Origin: Carpediemonas membranifera BICM
Taxonomy: Eukaryota > Protista > Fornicata
Assembly (NCBI GenBank): GCA_019828565.1
Contig: JAHDYR010000012.1
Span: 1,669,780-1,733,779 of the forward strand
Direction of reading: 5' to 3'
DNA length: 64,000 bases
The notes under the pieces were generated by a model. The model saw only the letters and a list, made by a program, of their open reading frames with translations. It ran no database searches and had not been told where the DNA came from. Positions 1 through 11,900 of the stretch are shown one piece after another. The first letter of the stretch is position 1, and each line of letters starts with the position of its first letter. The position numbers and the translations under genes are program-made.

Positions 1-1937
1 TGTTGGCAGCGCGGTGGGGCACGTTTGATGCGTGGTTTGACGTTGGCGGGGGACGCAGGCAGGCAGTAAATGGCAGCATAGGTCGACAGTTGGATCGATT
101 GCCTCACTCGACCATTATAGCCACCCCATCTGACAAACCCTCCACCGTGAACCATTGTCCACAATGTGTGGCTCTATAACAGAGAGCCCTCCTCTTAAAT
201 CCAACGAAATGGGGGGGGCGAGTATTTACATCGGGTGGCTACCCCGAGCTCTTATGACTGACCCGGGTAAATCCTCGTCTCGCGATCCGGACACGTCCGA
301 ACCGGCTCCGACACCTGCCGATGCGTTTCGAAGTGTGCCATAAAGTGCACATTGATCGGCGCGCGCAGGTGCCAGTGATGGTCCTGTGACAGGAGTCTGG
401 GGAGTCGCGACCTGCTTCAAGCGAAAATCGGTGAGATGCTCTCTGGTAGGTCCGGTGGAACGCTGTCGCCTCAAAGGACATACGGTACAGTTGAGTACGG
501 GGATGCAGTCTACGCACGTGAGTCTGGCCCTCGGTGACCCAGATGATAGACATATGCTCGCACCAGAACCCATTGATCTCTGATAAGGCTCTTTACTTCT
601 CGAGATGGACGCCATGATGCATGCGGGTCATCGACAGGAAGCTCTGCAAGCTGGTCAGAGTGAGGACGCCCGACTAGTATGAACTGGCTGACCCGCACAG
701 CATTGAGATCGCAGTCGAGTCCATCAGGGCGGCATACAACAGAGGAGACGCGATCATCTGCGCCGACGCGACGAACACATACGCGACGACACGCCGAGTA
801 CACCTGCACGCAGTGATTAAGGAGTATTTACCGGTAAGGTCCGGAGTCGCCTGCTCTGTCGCACCCAGACGAGGGTCGAGTTGGGTCGACCGCGCATCGA
901 GGCGGGCGGAGGGCGCCGGACCGCGCGCTACCGGAATACGTGGAGTGAGTATCGCTCTGCTGATTCCAGGAGCGCGCTGCCCGTTCGCGTCCGACTCATC
1001 GTTTTGGGGGTCGAGTCACATCTCGGCCCCAAATGAACTGCCCACACGTATGCTGCAAGGGAACAGTCAGAGCAAATCGATGCGCGGAGGGGAGGGACCA
1101 GGTGTGCGCGAGGGCAGGCCGGGAGGCTAGTCCTCTGGCGCACAGCGAAATCGGTCTGGGTCGGTCAGACCCATGTCAACCCAGACTCCATCACTCAAAA
1201 TGGTGCGTGCATGCATGCTTTAGAGCCCAGCCCGATGCTATATCGGCCATCAATTTGGTTGACGAACTGTTCACCTGCCTTTCGAAATCCTCTCGAGACT
1301 GCGGGTCCGAAGCTGAGCGATGCCGTCACCTCGACTACAACCATCGAATCGCTGCCGCTCTGCCATAATGCTTGTATAGCCCTCTTACATCTGTATCCGG
1401 GCTGTTACCAGCAGGGGCACACTGGAAGTATGCGTTTGGAGTCGGCCCGATCTTCGATCTCGACGGACATCGAACATGACGAGTAGAGGTCGGAGAGGGC
1501 TGAAACTCACATCATTACACTGTACGAGAAGTTCATACAGGATGGCTGACCCATCTTAGTCTTTAAACTCCCAACCTAAGGTTCTGGAGTCGTCGAAATG
1601 ACGACTCAGTTTGACTCGATCCACCCTCAGCCCGCACCCAATGGCATAGCACCATCAACTAGGCCTGGATATAGTGCGAGTGCCCCACTAACAGCCTTGG
1701 ACGCAACGTCTGCCGTCCTCGAGATGGTTGTGCAGAATACGCCATCTTTTTTCACACATCCCTTCGCGACCTCGAATAATCGCTCTCCAAGCACCTCTGC
1801 TGCTATATTTGTGCACGATGCTCATTTAATACGTCTAGATCACGATTCCTCACTCTCTTTCAGTTTCGGTCACTTCTTCGTGCCGAACTAAACAACATCA
1901 ATCAGGTGCGCCGACGGGACCCTGGAGCGGCAACAAG

Positions 1938-1974
1938 GTAAGTCCGCCACCATCTAATGCTGTCAAAATCCTAG
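1938..1974 (+). other. Candidate 37-nt spliceosomal intron of an unresolved gene
   Basis: AAG|GTAAGT...CTAAT...CCTAG matches the size and style of the intron at 4876-4904, but I could not build a convincing coding sequence around it. Confidence 0.3.
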
Positions 1975-2688
1975 CTGTGCGCCACGGCGTCTTCGGACCC
2001 GGGGTATTGCATTGGCCTCTGGCCCTTGCTGCACACCGGGACATCCGCGCCACCTTACACGGCGCGGAACCCGGCTTCTAGCTAGGAGCGCGCGGGCGGT
2101 GTGTGACTGCCGCGCGGACATCAGATGGACCTAGGACAGTGAGCCTAGATGATACACTTGGACGACCCAGCAGCTGCTGGCGGTTGGCGAGTGTATGCGG
2201 GAGGGCAAGATCGCGGTGTGGAGCCCTATCTGTGAGTCACACCCATGGGAGGTCATTTTCGTCCAAAATTTCCATTTGCCAGAATTGCCCACGTGTGATG
2301 CGAGCCCGCTCTTGCCGCGCACAGTTGCACATTATTCATCGCACAGCTATCCAAGCGTTGACCTGGCTGCAAGGCGCTTGTCGGACCGTTCTTACTTATC
2401 GTTTTCTAACGACGTCACCGTTTATTGTCTGGACTATTGCTGCCCTCCAGGCAAAGCAGAACGAGCAGAGGAACGCCCATCCAGGCTCGGAAGCACCAGC
2501 TCGTTTGCTCTCCAACACCATGGGGCCATTGGTCAGCGGGCCGCAGCAGACCCGGACTAAGCAGTGGGGCCGGCCCGGCCAATATGAAGGAACAGCTGGG
2601 CTGCGGGACTTCAGAGAGGGTCAATTTATCGGGGTCAGCCATAAATTCCATAAATTTGCCATAATCTGCACCATTTACGACGTCATGC

Positions 2689-3630
2689 ATGGTGAGTTCG
2701 ACAACAGCTTACGCCTGCAAAGTTGTAGACCCAACAACCGGCTCGAAGTGTGGACAGTATTTGAGCACGCCAGCGAAGCTCTATCGGCACATTAAGGATG
2801 TCCACGGACTCGTTGCCTGCAAGAACGCCATATGCGGCCATGGATTCCCAACAGAAGAGGAAATGACACAACATATGAGAGCTACACATCCCCAGCTGGT
2901 CTGTCCCGCTTGTGATTACAGCACGAGCACGAAGACTCACATTCACACTCACGTTCTCAATTTCCACTGGTCCCTTTGCACCAAGGAGGACTACGCCGAG
3001 TACTGGTGCAACGCGTGCAACCGACCCTATCGTCTGATCATCGAGCACTTTGCAGAGGCCCACCCTCAAGTGATCGAAGCCATGACCCCGAGCATCCGAG
3101 CAAACTACCTGTGCACTGTGTGCAACAAGTACGTCACGTTACTGGATAAGCACATCCGCGACATGCATAAGGAGAAGACGTCGTGCCCCGTCTCCGGCTG
3201 CAGGTACTCAGCCCACACGTTTCCCGGCATGGTGAAGCACATGACCAAGGTCCACGGTGCGCCAGACGACGAGGCGCGAAAGGCGGTAACTATAGCACAG
3301 CATGGGAGACCTGTCATGCCACAGGATAAGATCGCCGGCTGCGACGCGCTGCGGATGGTGCCCATGCTGCAGAGGGGCATACTCGTCCCAACAGGCCAGC
3401 CCGTGGTCATCCCCGCCCCACCGCCCATGACAGCGCCGCATGCTGCTCCCACCCCCGCAGCTATATCCGCCCCGGTCCCGAAGGCCGCCCCCTTGCACTT
3501 TATCAGACCTGGCCCAGTCGCCTCAGTCGTGCCGGCCCAGGTTCAGGTGAAGGCAGGGGGGATGGAAGAATGGATGAGGAAGCTGCTGGATGCGGCGGGC
3601 GATGAGTGTGTCGTCACTAGTGTCGAGTGA
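2689..3630 (+). CDS. Multi-C2H2 zinc-finger protein with Pro/Ala-rich C-terminus
   Basis: Repeated C-x2-4-C-x12-H-x4-H-like units (CKNAIC..HMRATH, CPAC..HVLNFH, CTVC..HIRDMH, CPVSGC..HMTKVH). Confidence 0.85.
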   Translation: MVSSTTAYACKVVDPTTGSKCGQYLSTPAKLYRHIKDVHGLVACKNAICGHGFPTEEEMTQHMRATHPQLVCPACDYSTSTKTHIHTHVLNFHWSLCTKEDYAEYWCNACNRPYRLIIEHFAEAHPQVIEAMTPSIRANYLCTVCNKYVTLLDKHIRDMHKEKTSCPVSGCRYSAHTFPGMVKHMTKVHGAPDDEARKAVTIAQHGRPVMPQDKIAGCDALRMVPMLQRGILVPTGQPVVIPAPPPMTAPHAAPTPAAISAPVPKAAPLHFIRPGPVASVVPAQVQVKAGGMEEWMRKLLDAAGDECVVTSVE

Positions 3631-3651
3631 TATACATAGCGCCGTAGACCG

Positions 3652-3660
3652 TAAACTGCA
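3652..3660 (+). terminator. TAAACTGCA, candidate 3'-end/poly(A) signal (also 5612-5620)
   Basis: Occurs shortly after two host stop codons, between the convergent transposon ORFs and in several LTRs. It could instead be a promoter motif. Confidence 0.4.
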
Positions 3661-3727
3661 CCGTGTTAGACGCCGAACAACCCGGAACGTCGTACCCAGA
3701 GGCATCACAGTCCATTTGCAGCCATAC

Positions 3728-4408
3728 ATGACCAAGAGCTCTTTATCTGACTTCAAGTACTATCTTTTTGACTTCGACGGCACGCTCTTTGACTCGTTTG
3801 ACCTAATCGTCGCCACCAGCAACGCCTGTGCCTGCAAATACCGTCCAGACCTCTTTACCGAGAACAATCTCCCCGATAGAGCCTTTGTGGAGACCCTTAT
3901 CGGCCGTTCTCTCAGGGACATGATCCAGCAGATTCTTCAGAAGGAGATCACCGACGAGTTCTACGAAGAGGCGTACAAGTTCTTCAGGACGTATCAGCAG
4001 AGCATGTTCCACAAGCATGCCAAGCTCTTCCCCAACGTAATGGACACGATCCGGGGCTTGAAGACCAAGGGCCACAAGGTCGCCATCGTCACCAGCCGCA
4101 CCCGCCCCACGCTGCTCCCCTACACTGAGCACTTCGGCATCAGACAGATTGTCGACGCCATCGTCTCTCCCGAGGACGTCGAGGCCCACAAACCCGACCC
4201 AGCCCCGGTCCGCAAGGCCATGGAGCTGCTGGGCGCCGTGGACCCCGCTGAGGTCGTCATGATCGGCGACACCGAGTTCGACATCGAGGCCGGGCATAAC
4301 GCTGGCGTGTCCTCGTGTCTGGTGGGGTGGTCTGCCACCCCCCTGGAGAGGCTGCCCCGCGCCCCAACTTTTATCGCCAGGACCATGGGCGACTTTGTCG
4401 GCATTTAA
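3728..4408 (+). CDS. HAD-superfamily hydrolase (phosphoglycolate phosphatase/PpaX-like)
   Basis: Motif I FDFDGTL, motif II VTS, motif III HKPDP, motif IV IGDTEFD. The likely start is ATG 3728 (MTKSSLSDFKYYLFD), inside listed ORF 3590-4408. Confidence 0.9.
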   Translation: MTKSSLSDFKYYLFDFDGTLFDSFDLIVATSNACACKYRPDLFTENNLPDRAFVETLIGRSLRDMIQQILQKEITDEFYEEAYKFFRTYQQSMFHKHAKLFPNVMDTIRGLKTKGHKVAIVTSRTRPTLLPYTEHFGIRQIVDAIVSPEDVEAHKPDPAPVRKAMELLGAVDPAEVVMIGDTEFDIEAGHNAGVSSCLVGWSATPLERLPRAPTFIARTMGDFVGI

Positions 4409-4764
4409 GCCGTTATAAACATCGGATCGAATGAGCAGGCTTGCCGCGGTGTGATCGATCTGTGGAATCGTAGGCGCATTGGTCCGCGGGGCAGACTGTT
4501 GGGCGTGCATGGCAGCGACGGTTCAGCCAGACTCCAGGAACCAGGAGGCCTGCAGTCACTCTGACTCACTTGACTCCGGATGACTTTGACCCTGCCTCGA
4601 TGGGACTTAAGGCCGACAGGTACTGGAACTCCGGAGTTGCTGGAGCAGCTGGGCACAGTCGCCCTGGATGGATAGGACGTACAGCACGCATGCGTACCCT
4701 CACGGCGCCAGCGCACGCAGATGCATGGTACGCAGATTATGCAAAGCCCCCAGCAGGTTGAGGG

Positions 4765-5549
4765 ATGCCAACGTCAATCGAGGTGGATGACCTTAAAGAC
4801 GTCGAGCAGAAGTATGTGAAGGAGGTTTATGACGTTATTGCTGCTCATTTCGCCTCCACGCGGACCAAAGGCCCTGTTAGTCCCGTTTTCCCCGCCTTAT
4901 CCAGTGGGCTCCCGTCAAGGCCTATTTGAACAAGCTCCCCGATCATTCGGTGGTCCTAGACGTAGGATGCGGCAACGGCAAGTACTTTCTCGTGAACCCG
5001 CGTCTGTTCATGGCCGGCCTGGACCAATCCGCCGAGCTCGCCAAGATCGCCGTCAAATCGGGCAACCCGCTCGGCCTCACCGTCGGCAATGCCACCGCGC
5101 TCCCCTTTTCGTCCAGCGCCTTTGACCATGTGCTCTCCATCGCGGTGCTTCACCACCTTTCCGACCCCGCTACCAGGGCGACCATGTTGGGCGAACTCAT
5201 CCGTGTCACCCGCCCCGGGGGCACCGTGTTCGTCTCAGTGTGGTCTACTAACGCCCCGTCGGCCGGTAAGCGGAAGGGCCCTGGGCAGGAGCCCGGGCAG
5301 GACAGGCTTGTCCCATGGCACCTGCAAAAGAAGTTCACGGACGACGATAAGGTGGCGAAAGCACAGACACCGCACGACAACACGGGCGACACGAGGAACC
5401 TGGAGGTGTTCTACCGCTACTACCACTTCTTCAGGGAGGGCGAGCTCGAGGAGGCCGTGAGGGATGCCGCCGAGACGTGCGGCCGAGAAGTCTCGGTGGA
5501 GGTCAGCTCAGACAAGGGGAACTGGTACGCCGAGATCACTGTGCACTGA
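4765..5549 (+). CDS. Trm9/ALKBH8-like SAM-dependent tRNA methyltransferase, 2 exons (4765-4875, 4905-5549)
   Basis: Removing the 29-nt intron GTTAGT..CCAG (4876-4904) joins EQKYVKEVYDVIAAHFASTRTKGP to WAPVKAYL..VLDVGCGNGKY..SIAVLHHL..RYYHFFREGEL..KGNW, which are typical Trm9-family motifs. Confidence 0.88.
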
Positions 5550-5646
5550 GAGGCAGTGGGCAGGTGGAACACCGGTCAGGTGAGGTCTCTCGATTTCCGG
5601 CTCTTCGTGGTTAAACTGCACGACAAGATTACGACGGCCCAAACGG

Positions 5647-6981
5647 ATGGATGAAGAGCGCACCGCTCTTTTGTCACCGACAAATGAGCCAGATATTACT
5701 GAAACACCCATGTTATCCGACGAGTACATCGACTCACCGTCCCTGGACCCCAAACCAAAGCAGCCCTTCCTCCGCCGAGCATACAGCGTCTGTGTGTTCA
5801 TCTCACTTGGATTAGCGATGATGACCGCATTCAATGCGATGATTTCTCTCTCCGACTACTGGAACAGCGTGTACCCCGGTCGCCACATGGAGTGGAAGGC
5901 CACGCTCTTCTTCTTCTTCATCAACCCGCCCCTGTACCTCGCCATGATCTTCCTCATCCGTCTGCTGCCCCACATTGTGTGGCTGGCCGGGTCTGTGGCT
6001 ATCACGGTGCTTTCGTTCCTCCTGCTTCCAGCCATACCGCTCCTCCTTCCCCTCGAGATCGCAGAATACGCCTGCCTGCTCCTCATACTCACTGCAGGTG
6101 CGGCGTACTCGGTACTAGGGTCGACCGTCATGGCCGTGTCGTCCATCGCAGGCCCCGCGTCCGTCCAGATGGTCATGGTCGGCCAGGGGCTCGCCGGGGT
6201 GGTCGTCATCGGCGTCCGTATAGCCACAAAGCTCGTGCTGACTGCAGGAATAGTCGGCCATGACGACGGGGTGACCATCTCTGCCGTTCTCTTCTTCCTC
6301 ATCTGCTCAGCCATCGTCAGCTCCTCTGTCCCGCTGTACGCTGCACTACTGCTCATGGACCGCAAGGACAGGGTCCACAGCGAAGCATATGAACCAATAA
6401 CCGGCGAGGAGGCCGAGGAGCCAGTCCCTGCAAGCCCCGCCCGGGCCCTCTCGGTCTGGTGCCACAGAGTCGTCGCCATCTTCAGACAGCAGTTCCCGGC
6501 CAACCTCTCTGTGTGCGCGGTGTACCTGGCGACGTCCTCGTGCTTCCCCGGGATGGCCGTCGCCTTGCTGTCCGGGACCCCCGCACTCGACTCCACTGGC
6601 TGGTTCGCCATCATAGTGTTGCTCACATTCATGGTCGGTGACCAGCTCGGCCGTCTGCTGCCACGCATCCCGCTGTTCCGCCTTGGGCCATGGGCGGTGA
6701 CGTCACTCGCCCTGGCCCGACTCTTGGCCATCCCCACATTTACCGTGCTTTACATGTTACGTGAGGTCGTCATAATTGCCCCCCTGCCGCCTGTGCTAGT
6801 GTTCGTGTTCTCTCTGTCGAACGGGCTGCTCTCCACCAGGGCGTTCATGCAGTCGTCTGAGATGCTCCCCCCCGAGCTGACCGACTTGGGCGGAGTCGTC
6901 ATGACGATGGCCCAGGTCTCAATCATATTCGCCGGAAACATGCTCGGGCTACTACTGGGCTACATCCCGCAGGTGAAGTGA
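5647..6981 (+). CDS. Equilibrative nucleoside transporter (ENT/SLC29 family)
   Basis: About 11 hydrophobic segments. ENT-like motifs FNAMISLSDYW, MVGQGLAG, FPG, GDQLGR, LARLLAIP, FSLSNGLLST. Confidence 0.88.
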   Translation: MDEERTALLSPTNEPDITETPMLSDEYIDSPSLDPKPKQPFLRRAYSVCVFISLGLAMMTAFNAMISLSDYWNSVYPGRHMEWKATLFFFFINPPLYLAMIFLIRLLPHIVWLAGSVAITVLSFLLLPAIPLLLPLEIAEYACLLLILTAGAAYSVLGSTVMAVSSIAGPASVQMVMVGQGLAGVVVIGVRIATKLVLTAGIVGHDDGVTISAVLFFLICSAIVSSSVPLYAALLLMDRKDRVHSEAYEPITGEEAEEPVPASPARALSVWCHRVVAIFRQQFPANLSVCAVYLATSSCFPGMAVALLSGTPALDSTGWFAIIVLLTFMVGDQLGRLLPRIPLFRLGPWAVTSLALARLLAIPTFTVLYMLREVVIIAPLPPVLVFVFSLSNGLLSTRAFMQSSEMLPPELTDLGGVVMTMAQVSIIFAGNMLGLLLGYIPQVK

Positions 6982-7510
6982 GTTTTGGCTGTGTAATTGT
7001 AGTTTTGTAAATGATAGGCACCAACGCTCTGAGCGCCGGCCACGTCGTCTTTTATCCTTCAATCCTGGTGAGCAGCAGGCAACTACCAGTCGGACTCCAA
7101 CCCCGACCCCATCACGACGCTGAGTCCGAGCCTACCCCCGAGCAAGAGCCCATTCACCGGCCGGGACTGCCCCGTCTCAATCCAGGCCGAGGCCCCGCAA
7201 TAGCTGCAGGGACGCCTTTCCGAGGACACGGTCATAGAGGAGGTTCGGCTCGTCAGAGAGCCACTCGATGAAGAGAATAGGTGTAGGGTTGGTTTGTTAT
7301 TATGCGGTCGTTCCTGCCTCCACCTCCGTGGTCTGAATCAGCGCCAGTGATCTGATGCACCCGCTGCCGCCAGCCACGTTGGGACGTGGCGGCGCGGGGC
7401 AGTCGTGTCAGTAGTGGCACATTCCTCGTCGAATTCGTCCTCATCCGAAGATTCATCCCTCTCTGCATCCGGAGCGTACTCTAGACTGTCTAGAACATCG
7501 CGCAGGGTGC

Positions 7511-7945
7511 TGAGAGACGTGCTAAGGTGGCTCAGCCCCTCTTTCGTCTTCAGGTGCAGTTTATGTCGTGCTACATTCCCCCCTAGAGCCGGCACATCAT
7601 TAGCGGCGGGGGCGCGGATGATTGCGCGTGGTAGCTTCGAATCGCTTACAGGCGCGATCGAATTGAGGGTGCTGGTCTCGATACTTAAGCAGGGCATCAA
7701 GTGTCTTACAGTCGGAGAAGGCTAGCTCTGAGTCTTCATCGTGCTCGAAGCCAAGCCAGTTCACCATAACGATGGGCTCGTTGGTCTGAGAATCCAGTCT
7801 GTACTGGACTACGTGGTCGACAACCTTCCAGTTGCTGTCAGCGGTGAACGCTCTGGCCGCCTCGGCCATCGTCAGCGTCGGGCCTGTGTTGGGCAGCTTG
7901 GCCAAGCGGTCGGCGAAACGGGTAATGGTCTTCCCTGTAGGAGCA
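7511..7945 (-). mobile_element. Element R: 3' remnant of a K/L-type Gypsy element (integrase tail, chromodomain, PPT, 3' LTR)
   Basis: The C-terminal part of ORF 7600-7998 (WKVVDHVV..VNWLGFEHDEDSEL..LDALLKYRDQHPQFDRACKRFE) closely matches the end of element L. PPT GGGGGAA is followed by an LTR starting TGTAGCACGACATAAACTGCA at 7575. The left LTR end is uncertain. Confidence 0.75.
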
Positions 7946-8897
7946 CACCCCGTCCAGGCCGCCTCTGCTCCCCACTCCGCCCCTGGTGTCCCCGCCATGG
8001 CCGTCGCCCCACGCTCCGCGAGGTGTTATAAGTGCGGCGACCGTGGCCACCTGGCCGACGTGTGTCCCCGTCCGAACCCGGTGTGTTTCCGGTGCAAGAA
8101 GGAGGGTCACGTTGCCAAGGACTGCCCTGCTCATGTAAATGACCGGGCGTATCAGGTTGGTGTTGTTGTTTCGGGTGAGGAGAGGGCCGCGCAGGAGGAG
8201 ACAGCGACGGTGTATGCTGTCAATAGCGGCTGCAGCACGTGGACACGGTGGTCGACGTGGAAGGGGTCAGAGCAAAGGCGCTGCTGGACTCGGGCGCCGG
8301 GGTCAACCTCATGTCGGCAGCGAGGGCGGCGGACCTCGGGCTGACTGTCAGAGAGCCGGGGGAGATCCGGCAGGTTGAGGGTCTTGGTGACCAACCCGTG
8401 CCAGTCATCGGGCGGGTGACGGCGACGCTTGGAGGAAAGCCGGAGTGGTGCGTTGTAGAGCCGGACGTGCTCTTCGTCGGCTACGACACCTTGGTTAAGC
8501 GCGGCATTGTGCTGCCCGACATGGCGGATAAGCTGACAGCTACAACCGTCCCAGGTTCGCGTGAGGACAAGCTACAGCGACTGTACGCGTACGATAGGGA
8601 GGGGACGGCTGCTGACTTGCCCATGTTTCAGCTTAAGCTGGCAACGGACGCAAGACCGTTTAGGGCATGGCCGAAGAAGATGGGCGTCGAGGATGCAGCG
8701 TGGGTGCGTCAGGAGGTGGCGAGCATGCTGAGGAAGGGGGTGATACGCCCGTCACTTAGCCCGTACGCATCGAGGGTGGTGCTCGCTGACAAGAAGGGGG
8801 GTTGTCAGTCAGTACAATTTAAGAACATTTATGGATTGACTTCGACACCCCTGTGTCGAAGTCTTTTCCCCCAGTAAAACAGGTATAGTCAAACCAC

Positions 8898-8909
8898 AGT
8901 AATATTACT
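8898..8909. promoter_or_regulatory. Palindrome at PBS position of B: AGTAATATTACT
   Basis: Perfect 12-bp palindrome overlapping the last A of the 5' LTR; ATG 4 nt later. Confidence 0.85.
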
Positions 8910-8913
8910 TCAA

Positions 8914-11900
8914 ATGACTGAAAACGGCCCGTCAGTGAACGAGCCAAGCATTAGTGCCATTCTGGCATTTCACGAAAAGCTAACGAGACATGTTCAGGCC
9001 GGTGGAAAGCGCCGCCTCATTAAGCGCTTAGGCCCTGCAGTTCTAACATTCTGCAGTTCATCGGGTGTTGATGTTAAGCAGGTGTACCGCCGCGCGAGGA
9101 GACAGAAGACATCATCCTCCCTTATTTTTCGCGCACCGCAAGTCCGTATGAAAAAGTCCGGAGCGGAAGACCTAGCTTTCCAGGCCGTCGTTGACGCCAT
9201 CAAACCTCAATCAGCTATCCTACAGCGCCAACTATTCCAGCTCTCTGTGAAGGGCGTCCATTCGGGGCGCTTCACACAGTACTTGGACAAGTTCCGTACA
9301 AGGTACCGCATCATCAAGCCTGATCTGGCGCCTGCTACGATCCGCCAGATGTTCCTGAACGGAATCCTGGACGAGTTCCTCCGCGAGGAGGTCAAAGACG
9401 CCGTAGTAGGAATGTCGCTCGATGAGACCTTCATTACCTCTCTTATGATCTGCAAGAAGCTCGAGGAAGCTCGTCTCATCTCTGAATCATACGCATCCCT
9501 CCATCCAGTGTCGTTAACACATCCTGGAAGCCGCGTCAAGTCTAGCAGAGCCCGTCCGGGCCGCCAAGAACGTCAACAGGCAAGACCTGACCAGCCTCCC
9601 CTCCAACGCCAAGCTCCTGAGCCACCGCACGCGTACAACCACTCCAGTTTCCAGCCTGATACGAGACGGCCCGACAGAGCCAGTAAGCAGTGTCAGAACT
9701 GCGGCAAGCAAGGTCACTTCGCCCGGGACTGTAAGAGAGATAAGATCAAGTGCGCAAAGTGTGGAAAGCTGGGCCACATGGCCAAGTTCTGCCGGTCGAC
9801 AGGCCCAGTTCCTGTAAACGACCGTAAGTACACCAATTACTCGACACCGGCGCGCGTTTGGACTATGGCTGGCGAGACAACTCCATCATTGCCTGTGGTA
9901 TCGGGTGCAGTGGACGGCTGCGCATGGGGACGCATACTATTCGATTGTGGTGCGGACATCCCGCTCGTTAACCCCGCCTCAGCTCAGGAAGCGGGACTGA
10001 ACGCGACGAAGCTAGCCAGCCCGATACACATCAAGTCACCCGGAGGCAGAATCCAGACAGACACGACCTATGAGGTCCCAGTAATCATGGACAAGTCGCC
10101 GATGACCCCGAAGGGCGTCGAGGCGACGGTGACCGCGTATGCAGTTGAGATGGAGTATGACATGCTCTTGAACTATGCAGTCATGGTGGACTGGGGCATT
10201 CTTCCACATGTTGGAGCTAGGTCGAGCGACTCGTCGATCGAAGAGGACGCCCAGCTCCCATCGACACTCGAGCGTCTTGAGAGACGACTCTACAATTTGC
10301 GAGCGGATATGAACGATAAGCAGAGTCGGATATTGGCCCGCTATGACCACTGTTTCCACGACCGGCAAGGTTTCAGCAATCTAGAACCATATGACCTTGT
10401 GCTCAAGTCGGACAGGGTGATCGCGTCACGGTCTAACTACGTCCCATACCAGCGCGAGCACTTATTCGACCAACATCTCGCCGAGCTAATCGAGAAGAAG
10501 TACGTCGAGCAGTCTTTCAGCCCATATGCTTCGCCGGTGCTCCTGGTTCCGAAGGGTCCGGACAAGACACGCATGGTCGTGGATTTCCGTAAGATCAACG
10601 ACGAGACGGAGCCGTTCGAGTACCCTATCTCTGAGATACAGACGTGTTTAGCGAAGTTAGGCGCATCCAAGGTGTTCGCCACCCTAGATTTATCGGCAGG
10701 GTACCACCAGATTCAGATGTCCGAACGTTCGCGCCAGTACACGGCGTTCAATACGCCGAGGGGCAAGTTCCAGTATACGGGCATGCCGTTTGGTTTGAAG
10801 AACGCGGGTGCTCACTTTCAGTACTCGATGGAGCGGGCGTTCGCAGATTTACTAGGAGCCAGCTGCCTGATTTATATCGATGACATCGTAGTCTTCGGAA
10901 GAACAGAGGCAGAGTATATCGTCAACCTGACGAAGGTCCTCAAGCGAGCGGATGAACTGAATCTTCGCCTCAATGCCGAGAAGTCACATTTCGGCCAGTC
11001 TACAGTCGAGTTCCTTGGCTGGACAGTTTCAGGTGAGGGCTACGGTATTGCTGCCGACCGGGTACATGACATCCAAGAGCTCAAGCTACCCAAGTCCCGA
11101 AAGGCGGCCCAGGCACTCATGGGATTTCTGAACTTCGTCCGTGACTTCGTGCCACACTTTTCCATGGTCACGCGACCATTGGCACTCGCAGCAGCCGGTA
11201 AGATTGGGCTAGGCACCCCAGAGCAGACCAAAGCCTTGGCCCTGGTGAAGGATCTACTGTGTTCCGCACCCATCTTACAACACTTCGACGTGACAAAGCG
11301 CCACGTGGTGATGACCGACGCGTCGGACGTAGGGATCGGAGGTGTCCTCCTGCAGGATGGCAAGCCTGTCAGTTATATGTCGAAGGCCTTCACCGATGTG
11401 CAGACAAGATGGAGCACGATAGAACAGGAGGCATATGCTATCGTCTCCGCGCTTCAACGCTGGCGCCGTTTCCTGGTCTGGACCCCTTTCACGCTGCTGA
11501 CCGACCACCGTAATCTCATTTATATGGCCCGTTCATCAAACGCTAAGGTCCAAAGGTGGTATGAATCGATCGCAGACCTCCCCTTCACAATACGACACGT
11601 CCCTGGAGTAGATAATGGAGCAGCGGATGGATTGAGCAGAGTCTTTGCTGCGTCCAAGACCCCGACCGCGACAGAGAATGAGATCCATGACGCTCACCTC
11701 CACGGTCAAGCCCATCTCCCCATTTATACGACAGTCGAGCTGTTGAAGGCGAGAGGGAAGCGAGCCCCCATTGACCAAGTCGCAGAGGTAATTAACAAGT
11801 GCCCAGTCTGTCAGCTCACGGCGAAGCCAGAGGACGCCAAGCGGTCGTACTTGCACACAGCGAGTGTAACTCCGTTTGATAAGGTAGCGATTGACACGAT

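Noticed and set aside
1-2680. Short ORFs in the first 2.7 kb
   Set aside because: No recognisable domain in any frame I checked. The region may be a degenerate element or a multi-intron gene and is left unassigned.
4409-4764. Upstream AlkB/RRM exons of an ALKBH8-type fusion
   Set aside because: No such motifs or convincing splice path. The methyltransferase reads as complete from ATG 4765.
3803-6737. Long opposite-strand ORFs over host genes and pol genes (e.g. 3803-4510, 5856-6737)
   Set aside because: These are shadow ORFs expected from GC-rich codon usage and have no domains.
7011-7510. Acidic minus-strand ORF tail and possible further LTR remnant
   Set aside because: Possibly the end of an older element, but no diagnostic motif, LTR partner or TSD was found.
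8899-8920. Canonical tRNA PBS or Tf1-style self-priming complement
   Set aside because: No TGG-starting tract follows any of the nine 5' LTRs, and by eye I found no copy of the PBS-position sequence within the cognate LTRs. Priming by an internal tRNA fragment cannot be excluded without the host tRNA set.
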